NCBI GenBank assembly: GCA_009914755.4
Contig: CP068257.2
Location: 28,320,001 to 28,384,000, forward strand
Length of the DNA: 64,000 bases
From: the human T2T-CHM13v2.0 reference genome, Homo sapiens
Direction of reading: 5' to 3'
Shown: in pieces, positions 45,619-58,699 of the stretch
How the letters are laid out: every line of letters starts with the position of its first letter
Numbering within the stretch: position 1 is the stretch's first letter
Program-made: the position numbers and the translations under genes
Notes under the pieces: model-generated
Database searches by the model: none
The model's input: the letters and a program-made list of their open reading frames with translations, nothing else
Told to the model about the DNA's origin: nothing

Positions 45619-45900
45619 CATGCATATTCTATTCTATTTCTCTTTTCTTGTCTTCTTAAAAGGAAAATTGTTTAAAATCCTTTAAAAATGTAATAACTGG
45701 CAGTATTTAACCTGTAAGGAAAGCATACTTTGGTTATCTCTATCTAATCTAGCATTTTCTATTGTGGCATGCGTATTCTATTCTATTTCTCTTTTCTCGT
45801 CTTCTTAAATGGAAAATTGTTTAATATCCTTTAAAAATGTAATAACTGGCAGTATTTAACCTGTAAGGAAAGCATACTTTGGTTATCTCTGTCTAATCTA
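45619..45900. repeat. Tandem duplication, unit of about 140 bp, 2 copies, about 95% identity
   Basis: CATGCATATTCTATTCTATTTCTCTTTTCTTGTCTTCTTAAAAGGAAAATTGTTTAAAATCCTTTAAAAATGTAATAACTGGCAGTATTTAACCTGTAAGGAAAGCATACTTTGGTTATCTCTATCTAATCTA... then CATGCGTATTCTATTCTATTTCTCTTTTCTCGTCTTCTTAAATGGAAAATTGTTTAATATCCTTTAAAAATGTAATAACTGGCAGTATTTAACCTGTAAGGAAAGCATACTTTGGTTATCTCTGTCTAATCTA. Confidence 0.85.
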
Positions 45901-48777
45901 CTCTCTTGTGCCCACTTTTACTTACTCACATGTCTTTTCCCAACAGCATTCTGTCACACCTCCTAATAGTTTTGCTCATCATTCCTGCCTTTTGTCCGAG
46001 ATACTCATATTCTCCCCTATTATAAGCACTGCACATTCTCAGATTTTTTATTTTGTGGTCAAAACACATATAACTTTCCACTTTGGCTATCAGCCTTTCT
46101 TTCATTGTTTCTTTTTCATCCTCTGCCAACCTCTCTTTTAAATATTAGAAAGTATCCTAGTTTCTATTTTGTGGTGACCTATTCTGTTATTCTTGCGTGT
46201 AAAGTGAATTATTTACCTCTCTCTCTCTTTGATTTTATTCGTTACCTTTCTTGGTTTGCTCTTCATTATTTATCTCTCTTCTTGTAGAAGTCTATCTTGT
46301 TTCCTCTTCTGATAATTTTCCTCTCCTATGTTTATTTTTGTTTACCCTTTCACATCCCATACAATGTTTCTACTAACAGCTACACAACAATTCCTTCAAA
46401 GAAGAGCTCTCAATAAAAATGTCTTTATTTATTATCATTGCTTTATACATAACTTCTGTCTTTTACGCTTTTCCATTTGTAGAAAGAAAACACACAATCC
46501 CATGTAAATGCTTCTCACTTTTCTTTAAATAGCATTAAGATTTTTTCTTATGAGCATCCCTGAAAAACCGCATAAATGCTTAGCAAATTATGTGAAAAAA
46601 AAAAAAAGATAGGGTTAGAAATCTGCTGTTTAAGCCTCCCTCAGATTTTTCTTTTAGAGATATTTTCCTGGAAGGCCTTGGACATTTATTTTAAATGGGG
46701 GATTGTTACAAAAAGAAATAAAGCCCATTTAACCAAAACTAGAGAATAAAAACTATCCCCCTGCATAACCTTAAAAGAGCACAAAGAAAAGCTTTGGTTT
46801 TGAAAATGTGAATAATTAGTATACTTTAAAATTTTTCACATTATTCTGTATACATTCATACAGATTCAAATAGTATTATAAAATATTCTCACAATTTTTC
46901 AAAAATATAAAATGTCTTATAAAAAAGTGAGAAAGTTTTTATTTTCAACTTATTTTTATATACACCTTTAAGATATTTTCTTTAGCAAATGTTTCTCTCT
47001 AATTTGAATGGATGTTTACTGAATAAATCAAATTGGTTTTGCTTCATTGACATTACTATAAGCGAATTCCAGTAAATTTAAGACCACATTTTATGAAATG
47101 CATTCAAATAGAAAAGTCTATTATGTTATCAGAGTGCCCTTTGAACTTATTTTAAAGTTTGTGAAAAGTAACGATTACCTTTTTTTAAAAAAAATCCCAA
47201 GTCTTTGAGGAAGCACTTGATGCGACACATTTTAAGAAGTAATGAGAACAAAAAAAGTGAAGAATGGCCTGCTTTTCAAAACAGCAATTTATTGGCCTAG
47301 ATAAGAAATGGATTTTAAACTTGATAAGATTTTTAAACTTAGATGATTAACATATAATCATCTTCTAATAGACTTCTATTACTCCATCTGAGTGTTTAGT
47401 GTGAAATCTTTGTTAAACACATTTACGTGATAAATCTCCAAGTGCCACTTATCTTCTAAAATAAGTTGTGGTACAGGAAGTTCACATTCTCTTTCCTCTA
47501 GTTACTGAATAAAAGCACATATTTCAAATTTTCTCAGCTAGTTTTATGCATGAGAACTTTTCTGTATATTATTAAAGCCATATGTTACAAAATGGCTATT
47601 TCAAAGTAGATTAATAGATTATGTAATGCATAGGTCTAAATCATATTGATTTTAATTATTTTAACATTTCCCATTTTAATGTTTTCTATTTAAACTTAGA
47701 TATTGACTAATATACATTCACTTACTTTCTCTTATACTTAAGATGCTTTAAATAAGAAATATGGAATAATTTTTCAAAATAATTGAATTTGTTTCATTTT
47801 TTTCCTTTTAAGCAATGTTATCCAAAGTAATTTCCTAAGCCCCTCTGAATAAAGTTGTCTACTTAGGCTTATTTTGGAATTATAGAAAATTGCAGATAGA
47901 AGCAAATTAAAAAAAGAAGATTAAAAGATTATACTGGGGAGGGATCTGAAAAGAGAGGGAGATGAAGATACGGTAATGATAGTAATACTGTATTATACTA
48001 ACATTAGGATGGAAGGACCGGGGTCCCCAAGCTTACATAGCCTCTACTTTGGCACAGGACATTGTGTTCAGACCTCAACAGAAAGATACAAAACTATAGA
48101 CGATTATAATGTGTCATTAAATGAGATATGCACCGAGTTGTTTACAATAATGATATGTCTGAGATACCAATGCACTTCTAAGTATTTTTCCCCCACAAGT
48201 TTTACTAAAACACAGCTTTGTTATTACCTAAGATGGATAATTTCTCTGTAAGAAGAATGGACCTGCTTATTAGTAACATCTCCAAGATAAACTGCATCTA
48301 ATGCTGCCTTACCACATACACTGTTTTTGTTCAGCATAATCGTAAATATGAGCAATGGAACATAATATTAAATATTTCATGCCCAGCACTTAAAGAAGAG
48401 TGCCATCATTTTTTAAATGTAGAAAATCAAATAGAGACAAATGCTGCAATTATTGTATCCTACAAATAAGTTAAAGAACTGACATTAATGTTATGGTAGT
48501 CTGTGTCTATACTCCCCAATGCATTGTTACAGGTAGGTAGATAGGCATGAGCAGGGGGAGGAGAAGGCTCTTCTCCCCTACCCACTAGGAATGTCAGGTG
48601 ATGGTTTGACAATTATCACACTGTCTCTCCAAAAATAATAATTCAGCAGCCGGCACAAAGGCTCCAGGGAAAGACAGTCTCCTGATAATCCACAGCTATA
48701 AACATAAAAGTCTTAATTGAACAGAGATGCCAGAGAGAAGCAACTTCCTGGTCATGTGCATTAGGAGACAAAATGGC

Positions 48778-48972
48778 GGCCAGGAACGGTGGCTCACATC
48801 TGTTATCCCAGCACTCTGGGAGGCGGAGGTGGGTGAATTACTTGAGGTCAGAAGTTCTAGACCAGTCTGGCCAACATGGTGAAACCCTGTCTCTACTGAA
48901 AACACCAAATAAATAAATAAATAAAATAGCCAAGCGTGGCACACACATGTAATCCCAGTTACTTGGGAGGCT
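48778..48972 (+). mobile_element. Alu (+), 3'-truncated: left arm, A-rich linker with (AAAT)n, and the start of the right arm only
   Basis: GGCCAGGAACGGTGGCTCACATCTGTTATCCCAGCACTCTGGGAGGCGGAGGTGGGTGAATTACTTGAGGTCAGAAGTTCTAGACCAGTCTGGCCAACATGGTGAAACCCTGTCTCTACTGAAAACACCAAATAAATAAATAAATAAAATAGCCAAGCGTGGCACACACATGTAATCCCAGTTACTTGGGAGGCT then a break into unrelated sequence (CTCACTTGCATGC...). The track ORF 48696..48998(-) is inside it. Confidence 0.85.
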
Positions 48973-50507
48973 CTCACTTGCATGCTGTCACTTCCCAATG
49001 GTAAGAAGGGCAGTGCACATGTGGGCAGCCCAGCCTAAGGGAAGAATCATGGGAAACAGGAGAGCCTATAAAGTCCTAGAATCACAGTTAAACGAGGCAC
49101 TTGACCTTCAGACACTTAACCTTCACATGCCTGCTTGGGTCTTTTCCAAGCATATCTTCCTTTCTTTCCTGTTCTAAAACCTTTTTAAATAAACTTCCAC
49201 TCCTGCTCTGAAACTCACCTGGGTCTCTTCTTCTGCCTTATACTCCTCAGTCGAATTCTTTCTTCTGAAGAGGCAGGAATTGAGGTAGCTGCAGATCTTT
49301 CCTCTGGTAATTCCAGTATGGTGAAGACAGTATGGGTGAAAAATAAATTTGGAAGTTAGCACCCATGTGTAAGATTTTCAATAACTCTAAGTGCTGATTA
49401 TATGTATTTAGCAAAGTAAACCTTTTATTTTTGTTTTAACTTTTTTGTTGTTATCTAGACTGAAAACAATGCTCTTCTCAGGACACATTATTAAGACTTC
49501 TAAGACGCTTCTCTATTTATAAGAAGAATACATAAATGTCTACTATGTGAGTCACTAATTAACGAGGAAAACAAAATTACAGCTCAATTGTTCAACCTAT
49601 TTTCGATTTTTTAGTTTCCGCATATTTCTGTCTTTTCAACCATTGCCAGAGCTTCACAAGAGTAATTTGTGTGCATATCTGAATTTTGTAATCAACTTAT
49701 TTTTTTAAATATGATTTTATAATGCTCTTTCCTATAACTCATCCACTATTGAGGTGTTAAATTTCCATTCCTAAGACTGACCGTTATGAAGTTTCCCATT
49801 CTGACTACAGCCGAGCATTTTTCCTTTCTTTCGTGACATCTCTCAATGAATATGCATCCCCAGTAGAATGTTTATTGAAAAGCTTTTGTCCAAATGCTAT
49901 GCCTTTGCTCACGTCATTTCCCATGCCTGGAAATGCTTCCATAAGGGATTCTAGTCCAATCGTATCTATTATAAAGAGTTAGTTCAAGTCACATTTAACT
50001 CTGTCAAAGTCTTTCCATGTTGGCTCCTTGTCTATAATGTCTGAAATCTAGTTCATATCAAACGACCTATTAGATAGTTTAACCTACATTTTTTTTTGGA
50101 GTTATGTAACTATTGCTGTTAATTGTCTTTTTATGCATTTACACAAGGGATTGCAGATCCAAATGTCCATGGTGGTCAGGTTGGTAATTTAGTGACTAAA
50201 TCAGCCAACTGTAATGCAGTACGCCTACACTGCAACAATGGGAGCAGCTGTTGCCACCTGCAGAATGTGCCAAGGAGCAGCCATTTCTCAGCTCCAGTCA
50301 ATTATTGTTCTGTAGAAATGCAAGGCTCATTGTTGCCAGATGTTTGTATTATAAGTAAATAAACAAGAAAGTTGACTTTTTAAATGTAAAATCCCCTGAA
50401 TTTTAGAAGTTGTTTCAGTTTTTAAAAACATTATAAAACTCATCCAGCCATAGGCTGCATGTATACAAACTCTTATTTATATTCCTAATCCATTCAACCA
50501 CACATTT

Positions 50508-50600
50508 AACAAATATGTATTGAATACTTTCCATGTATCAGGCACTGTGCAGATCACGAAGAATAGTGGTGAATAAGATAAAGCCCCTCTTCTAAAAAGT
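50508..50600 (-). mobile_element. MIR fragment (3' region, minus orientation)
   Basis: AACAAATATGTATTGAATACTTTCCATGTATCAGGCACTGTGCAGATCACGAAG is similar to the reverse complement of MIR (...AACATTTATTGAGCGCTTACTATGTGCCAGGCACTGTTCTAAGC). Confidence 0.4.
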
Positions 50601-51469
50601 GTTTACAGTCAAATGTGAACATATGCTACAACATTTTTCAGTCAGACACATCCTGATACATATTAAGTATTTTGATTTGATTTAGCAATAGAACAATGGC
50701 TAATATTAGAAATCTAACATGCTACAATAAAATCAGAACAAAATAGCAGAAGAAAAATCCCATAGGAAACAATGAAGATAAATAAAATAATAAACAGCTG
50801 TCTTTTCTCTTCATACACGTACATACATAGGCACATGTGGATATGAATAAAATAGACCAGACAATGCTATATTCTAACACCACTAAATCTTCTGTCATGC
50901 TCAACTACAACTGCAAAATATATTGAGATGTGAATATTGTGCTCCAAAGCAATATTCTGCAGGAATATTACTGTATTCTCACCGTTGAACAGATTTCAAC
51001 AAAGAATATCTTTGTGACATTTATAAATAGTCTATGGTTTTTTTTTCAAAATCTCAGATAAGGTAGTGTTGAAACATTGAGTAGCTTTACTAATGAGATA
51101 GTTTTCAATACAAAATAAGTAATTTTAAAATGTTTTATTTAAAAAAAAAGAGGGAATCAGTCACCTACAGAGTATGAAAGTGACCATATTCCCCAGAGAG
51201 TTTAAATTTACCTTTCTGGACTGGTCTTTTCTGAAAATAAGGAACATATTTGTGAAGCATTAAAAAAATCTTTTGCTTCCATAAATGTATGCAATCCTTT
51301 AACATTGTTTTATTCTGTTTTTTTTAATTACTCATTTTCATTTCACAATGCCCTACAGGTCTATCAGGTGAAGTAGTTAACAAATAAACAAAAAATAATA
51401 ATAATGGAAAGGAATGAGAATGGGGAAGAAAAAGACACATTTATTATATACTAAAAAAGTATTGGTTGC

Positions 51470-51540
51470 TCTTTTGCTCCTTCCCTTCCCTCACCTTCCA
51501 TTCTTCCTCTTCATCTTCTTCTCCTTCCTCCTCTTTTATT
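51470..51540. repeat. Polypyrimidine (CT-rich) tract
   Basis: ctcttttgctccttcccttccctcaccttccattcttcctcttcatcttcttctccttcctcctcttttatt. Confidence 0.75.
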
Positions 51541-52663
51541 TCAAATGATCCTTCATAAGCCAAAAAATGGGTTATATAGAAAATTATCTTAATTTATCTC
51601 TCACATTTAAGTGCTGGAAAATGGTTTGTAAGTTTGATTGATGCAGAATATTTAAGAAAGTAACCAACAACTAAGTCTGTTTATTGAAAACAATTTTGTT
51701 TCACAGATCATTATAAAATCAAACTTAAAATGCAACAAAATATAAAGACTGTATTTATTACACAACAAAGGGGTGAAAAATGCTTTCATCTTCTTTAGAA
51801 TAGTTGCGTGCAGTTGGATTACAGTTAGAAGGTCAGCATCTCCTCCCCAATGGCCCCAAATCAGTTCTGATATGAAGAGCTGGAAACAGACAAGATTAAA
51901 CTCTGATTACTTCTTTGAGGATGAGATGTTTTTAAATCAGAGTTGGCAAACCCTGCCACGAGTGCATCTGTCAGGGATCAAACTCCGTTGGCATTAAGGT
52001 TCATTCTAAAACCCAAAATGTACTTCATTAAGTATTTCTCTTTAAAGCAATCATACTGACTCTATTCATAGCCAGAGCATAAGGTTTTGAAAGGTGTTAA
52101 TGATCAGTTTTTTAAAAAGTTCTTTGATGTCTAAAAAATTCTTGAAATAAGATCATTTAAAATTAATTGGAAGTGAAATTTACTAAAGGCAAATGTTCAC
52201 ACAAATCAATTAGTTCAGATTTGATCCCTAAAGCCAAATCCACAATTTCTAAATGGAGTCTAAACTTCAAAAATTATTTCTCCTTCCCCTCTGTAGAATA
52301 ATTTGAGACAACAATATAAAAATAAGATGATGTAATTAGACTTCAAATCCCAAATTCACATTGTAATATTCATGAGGTGTTCCTAGTTTCTCAATTCTTC
52401 TTGCATTAAATTATAAATGCTCATTAACCAAGGGAATGAGATGCAAGGTTTTCAGCCTTAAAGTGAAAAAGGTCATCTAAACCACTAACAGCTGAAAACA
52501 GAGACTAAGAAGAAAGATGTATTTAGGAGTTGAATAATACGTATTTACAGAGGCCTACAGTGTACTCTGCAGTTGAGATTGCTGGAATCTATTGAAAGAT
52601 TCAGGGATTGAGCTTATTTACCTATGCAGAAAGGATACTGAAAAAAGGAATAATAAGAAATAT

Positions 52664-52985
<322 letters not shown>

Positions 52986-53024
52986 TCACAATAATGAGTT
53001 GTAGAAGTGTTAAGCATAATAATA

Positions 53025-53182
53025 GATGTTCTATATATAGCATAACATGTATTGTTCTTAAGCACTTACTCTATGCTAGACCCTCTTCTAAGAGCTAATG
53101 CATATTGATGCATTTACTCTGACAACAGCCCTATGTAAGGGGAAGAGATGATCAGAGAGGTGAAGTACTTGCCCACAGTGAC
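53025..53182 (-). mobile_element. MIR SINE (minus orientation), abutted by the MaLR LTR that follows
   Basis: AAGCACTTACTCTATGCTAGACCCTCTTCTAAGAGCTAATGCATATTGATGCATTTACTCTGACAACAGCCCTATGTAAGGGGAAGAGATGATCAGAGAGGTGAAGTACTTGCCCACAGTGAC matches the reverse complement of MIR (AGCGCTTACTATGTGCCAGGCACTGTTCTAAGCGCTTTACATG...CTCACAACAACCCTATGAGGTAGG...CAGAGAGGTTAAGTAACTTGCCCAAGGTCACACAGC). Confidence 0.6.
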
Positions 53183-53572
53183 TGTCTTAGTCTATTGAAG
53201 GTGCTATAACACTTTGAGGGGGGTGTTTATAACATAAACCTAGAGGGGGTGGTTTATAAACAACAGAAATTAATTTCTCACAGTTCTGAAGACTGAGAAG
53301 CTCAGCATCAAGGCACCAGCAGATGTGGTGTCTGGTGAAAACTTGCTTCCTGCCTCATAGATGGTGCCTTCTGACTGTGTCATCACACGGTAGAAGGGGC
53401 AAATGAACTCCAGTGAGCCTCTTTTATAAGGTCACTAATCCCATTTATGAACACTCTAATGTCATGACCTTATCACCTCCCAAAAGTCCCACCTCCTAAT
53501 ATTCTCACCTTGAGGGTTAAAATTTTAACATGAATTTGGGGTTGGGTGGGTCACAAACATTCAGACTATAGC
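53183..53572 (+). mobile_element. MaLR solo LTR (MST/MLT-like), + orientation; same family as the minus copies at 9837 and 26303
   Basis: TGTCTTAGTCTATTGAAGGTGCTATAACACTTTGAGGGGGGTGTTTATAACATAAACC...CACAGTTCTGAAGACTGAGAAGCTCAGCATCAAGGCACCAGCAGATGTGGTGTCTGGTGAAAACTTGCTTCCTGCCTCATAGATGGTGCCTTCTGACTGTGTCATCACACGGTAGAAGGGGCAAATGAACTCCAGTGAGCCTCTTTTATAAGGTCACTAATCCCATTTATGA...CACCTCCCAAAAGTCCCACCTCCTAATATTCTCACCTTGAGGGTTAAAATTTTAACATGAATTTGGGGTTGGGTGGGTCACAAACATTCAGACTATAGC. Confidence 0.65.
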
Positions 53573-54451
53573 TGTCAGTCATCAAAAATGTCTAGCCCTG
53601 GATTGAATTCTTAATCACCAACCACTATTGTATTTTATGGAGATGCTTCTCTATAAGATGGCTAGCTAAACCCCATAGTAACATGAAGACAGTGGGTAGC
53701 TACAGGTTACTTCTGCCAATATCACTGAGGCATCTTGTGCTTAGAAAATTTTGTGACTTGTATGGTACATATGTATTACAGTTTTATATCTAGGTTACAG
53801 AAGACGGATTTTACACCTTCTGGCCTTCTTTTTCATCTTTAAGCCTATCGTGTCTGACTCCCATTTTGTTGTGTTTCCACTCCTAGAGTTCCATGTTTTC
53901 CACATGTTGGAAAGACCTTTTCATTGTAAGATTCTCTATCAGAGCTCCTTGGGCAGAGAGGGTGACCTGTCACTTTAGAATGCTCTAAACCAGAGTATTC
54001 AGGGCCTTGGGAAATGAACTTTATTTTCCATAACAGTTATCAAAAAAAGCTTAGTGGTTCAAGCCACTTAAAAGAAATGTGGTCCCTGCCCACATGGTGT
54101 GGAGATAATTGCCTCATCTCTGCCGTGGTGTCTGCTGACCAAAGCTCTCCTTTGTAAATCTCTGCATGAGTCCCGCAGTGCAGCCACAAGCATGGCACAT
54201 GTTTTTTATCCATAAATAAGAGGAATCCCCAGGGCTCTGTATGGCTTGCAATAAACTCAAAATTAACTATGATTTTAGTTCTTAATATTAAAAAGGAAAG
54301 AATGAGTGGAGGTGGGAGTGACAATTCAGTAGGACACAAATGACAAGAGGGAGATTCTTTTATAAACTGGGGTTTCCTACAAACTAAATTTCTTTCTGTT
54401 CAGAAAGTCCAATAAAATATGAACATTATTGGGAATAAAATATCAGCATAA

Positions 54452-54796
<345 letters not shown>

Positions 54797-55519
54797 CTAG
54801 CTTGAGCTATCAAACAGGACTTCAGTTTTCTCTTCAGTGGGAGGGTTGATATAAGCGGAAGCCAGTTTGAACCCTACCTATGCCAATGTCCTTATTGTGG
54901 ACTTTGGAAGAAAATAACTTAAAAGTGACATTACCGTTATGGAGTAGTAAAAAATATTTGAGGGCATGTTAATCATTACTAATATGTATCTCACAAAAAT
55001 GTAGACTTAACTGAAAACTCATCAATGCAATTTTTTTAAAAAAACATAAAATCTTAGGTATTCAAGTTCCATTTTTTCTGTTTTAAACTAATGTTTGAAA
55101 GCATCAACTACTGTTTCTTAATATGTTATATACTCTTATGGAAAATTCAAACCCAGAACTTTAAAATGATGTCCTTGTTTATTGACAACTGACTTCAGGA
55201 AAAAGAGAAGCACATCTCAAATGCAGACAACTTCAAGTTCTTCCATTTCTTCTTTACACATCTGAATTTTACTTTTCTTTTTATATATGAAAGCAACCCA
55301 AGATCTTTTCCAAGAATTTGTAGTCAGCAGGGATGAAGAGACTTCTGACACTCATGACTTGTGAGACCTCATGACGGTCAAATAAGGAAGACCTTGCTGT
55401 ATTTTTTAAGGATGGAAACGGCCAAGAGGGAGAAGGGGAGCTTTGTACTGATAGTCAAAAACTTTGTTACAAATGAGAAGACTGACACGATGTTTGCCAT
55501 AGGAGTCATAGTATTTGTT

Positions 55520-55538
55520 GGGGTGGCGGGGGGGGTGG
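55520..55538 (+). other. G-run (GGGGTGGCGGGGGGGGTGG), a potential G-quadruplex-forming motif
   Basis: Directly visible; four or more G-tracts within 19 nt. Structure formation is not shown. Confidence 0.3.
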
Positions 55539-57314
55539 AAAAAAGTAAAATATTATTAGTCTGCTGAGATTTTAACTGTTTCTCTGACTGGCATTCTGTA
55601 TGATATGTAATCATGTCTATAATGAGGACTCCTTTCTTTATCTACATGAGCAATTCTCCTTCCCAGGTACTGATAATTTCAAAATGAAAGCCATGTACAT
55701 ACTCTGTTACATTAAAGGAGGAAGAAAACACAGAATGCAATAATATTCTGCCCTCAGATGCCCTCATGATCTCTCCATCCCTTCCTCTCCTTCATACAGT
55801 AACACGGAGGGAGTCAAAATGGTCTGGAAGATCTCTAACACATAGTGAGTGACTGTAAGTTATTTACACTAATTAGGCAAAAAAAAAAAAAAGTAGTCTG
55901 TATCAATGGCCATCGAATTAAACTTTGTGCATTCTCAAATTCCATTTCATGGTTTACATTGCTTAGGTAAATGTGGCCAACATTGGTGTTTTTGATTTTT
56001 CTTTTCAAATATGAGATGTAATTTCTATATGCATGCTCAGGCTATGTACTGTGTTTGCCTTTCTCAAAAAAAAAAAAAAAGAAAAAGAAAAAGCAGGCTT
56101 TCTTCTACCAATACCAAATCTACCTATTAAGACTGAAATACAGAAAGCAGGCTCATGGCTGGTAGAGATACTTTTTAACATTCCAAGTGAAGGACCATAA
56201 ATTAAAACCCACTTTTTCTGTTGGGCTACAGTAGCCCAAGACTTCATGTATTTTCCCTATTACATAATATAAATGAGAGAATATGTGTTGCATTTTAAAC
56301 TAGTATAGCTGTTTATTGAAGAGGTGGTCAGGAAGGGGTTTCTCACAGTTTCTCGTCAAGAAAAAGAATGTCATTGTTAGCTTTGCCAGAATTTGCTTCT
56401 ATTAGTAAGAGTTGCCTTGGGTGGCAGAGGCGTGGGGGCAGGGATGGTATATTGGGATAACTTGTAAGTTTAGAGACCCTGTTGGATTTTGGTGACTTGA
56501 GAAAAATCGATCGTTGACTTGGATAAAGAACTGATAGAAGACAAGAAGGTAGCTTAAAGATTCTCCAGGAGAGTATGTTTTATTTGACCAACAATTATAA
56601 AAGTTGGACAAAACCCTTCTTCCTTTCCCCTTATCAGAGCAGTGGTGAGAACAACTTCATCAGGGAAGACAGAATGAATTAGCTTGTCCCAGCCTCCCAC
56701 TTCTTTATCCCTAGAGGAGAGATTCCAGCTTCTTTGACTCTAGGCATCTTGCAGTTCTCTGCCCATAATCCCTTAAGGATGGGGCTTTCCTTAGCCTTTC
56801 TGTTTCTTACTCCATCTGAGATCAATATGTTAATTTAAAAAATACCCCAAAAATTAGGCCTTACGTATCTACTTGGAAAGATGTAAAAATTCAAAGCAAA
56901 GGATGTGTATCACTGATTGGCTTCTTTAATTGATAATACAATATGGTCTTTGAAACTTTCTCATCCCTTTATAAGTTTGACGTCTAAGTGGAGAACTCAC
57001 AATTCTTACCTACTTCTTACAGAAGTACCTTAAAAATTAATAAAAGATTGTGTCTGTTCCAGGTACCTGACTAGAATAAACATAATAGTTCTATTTTTCC
57101 ATGGAGTAAAGAAATTTTGGAACTTACCAAAAATACAAGCAATAGAACTTTCTTTATAATGTATTTTGCTATATATGGGATTTAGGTATAGTATAGTAAT
57201 AATAGTAATAATTAACATGTAGTGCCTCTTGTATTGCAGGCATTATTTCTAATGCTTTGCATATACTAGATTAACTTATTTAATCTTGAATATAACTCTG
57301 TGAGGTTGATCTTT

Positions 57315-57372
57315 AACTTACAAATGAGGAAACTGAAGCTCAGATAGGCAATGTGCCCAAATCACACATTCA
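57315..57372 (-). mobile_element. MIR fragment (core region), next to an Alu
   Basis: TTACAAATGAGGAAACTGAAGCTCAGATAGGCAATGTGCCCAAATCACACA is similar to the reverse complement of MIR (TTACAGATGAGGAAACTGAGGCTCAGAGAGGTTAAGTAACTTGCCCAAGGTCACACA). Confidence 0.45.
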
Positions 57373-57388
57373 TTAAATAATACATCCT

Positions 57389-57751
<363 letters not shown>

Positions 57752-58699
57752 TTAAGCCCTTAATTATGACATTGCTACTACCTCTCTCTGTGCTTATATT
57801 ATTGTCAGTACATGCCTTTTGACCCAAAAAGACCGCATAGCCTCCAATTTGAACATCATCATTCTAAAGGATTTCATCTGCATTCTACCTGTTTCAGTAC
57901 ATAATCCACTGTATAAAAGCTAAGTATTGTTGGAGTCACTGTTAATAAGGTCTTATGTAAATATTTATATTTTCTCATATTGACAAATAATAACTTCTCA
58001 ATTATAATAGATCTTGAGAAAGCAATCTCCATTATTATATTTTGGATTTCTACTTATTTACTCATGTTTTGATAAATTTTAAAAGTGGTGACTGCTATTC
58101 ATAGTTCTTCTGGTTTTGAATCATGGCAAATATGTACACTTCTATAGTCAGAAGCTTGAGGACAGATTTAGTTCTCTAAATGACTGAGGTGACACATCCA
58201 CTTTAGTGCAAAATTCAAGACTCATCTCTTCTTCATATTTGTGAGGTTCTTTCTCTAAATCTTAATAATGCATATACATTTCCGTTAGTGTTAATTCTTT
58301 TTTCTTCTCTCATGTAACTAAATTTTAGAGGAGTGTTCATTATCAAAATAACCTATTACAAAAATTCCTAGATTTTTATGAATTGAATCAGTCTTTCTTA
58401 GTGGATTTTTTTCATATAAGATTGATTTTTTATGTATGGATTATTTTATTTGTAATTATCTTGGTACATTGTAATTAATTTTTTGCTGCTGTTACTCTAA
58501 AGTTATTAGTATTTGATGTATCCGGTTGTCTTTTCCATCAGTATGATTAGACATAATAAGTATTCTGGCAGTTTGAATAATGACACCTTTATTGATCTTT
58601 GTGTATTTTAAAATTTTGCCTTCTTTAAAAGATGAAACTATTCTAGTTCACTTTTAATTAAATCCACATGTATGCTTAAAAATGCAAATTTTATAAAAA

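Noticed and set aside
50123-50362. 79-aa ORF with several Cys/His (MSFYAFTQGIADPNVHGGQV...CNAVRLHCNNGSSCCHLQNV...)
   Set aside because: Short, no recognisable motif spacing (it is not a zinc-finger pattern), no flanking splice-site signal examined convincingly, and it is surrounded by unique AT-rich DNA. Most likely a chance ORF.
55850-56085. Two poly(A) runs (55881-55894, 56066-56080) as possible tails of retroposed elements or processed pseudogenes
   Set aside because: The upstream sequence does not match Alu/L1 ends or any mRNA I recognise. Without a search I cannot support a pseudogene call.
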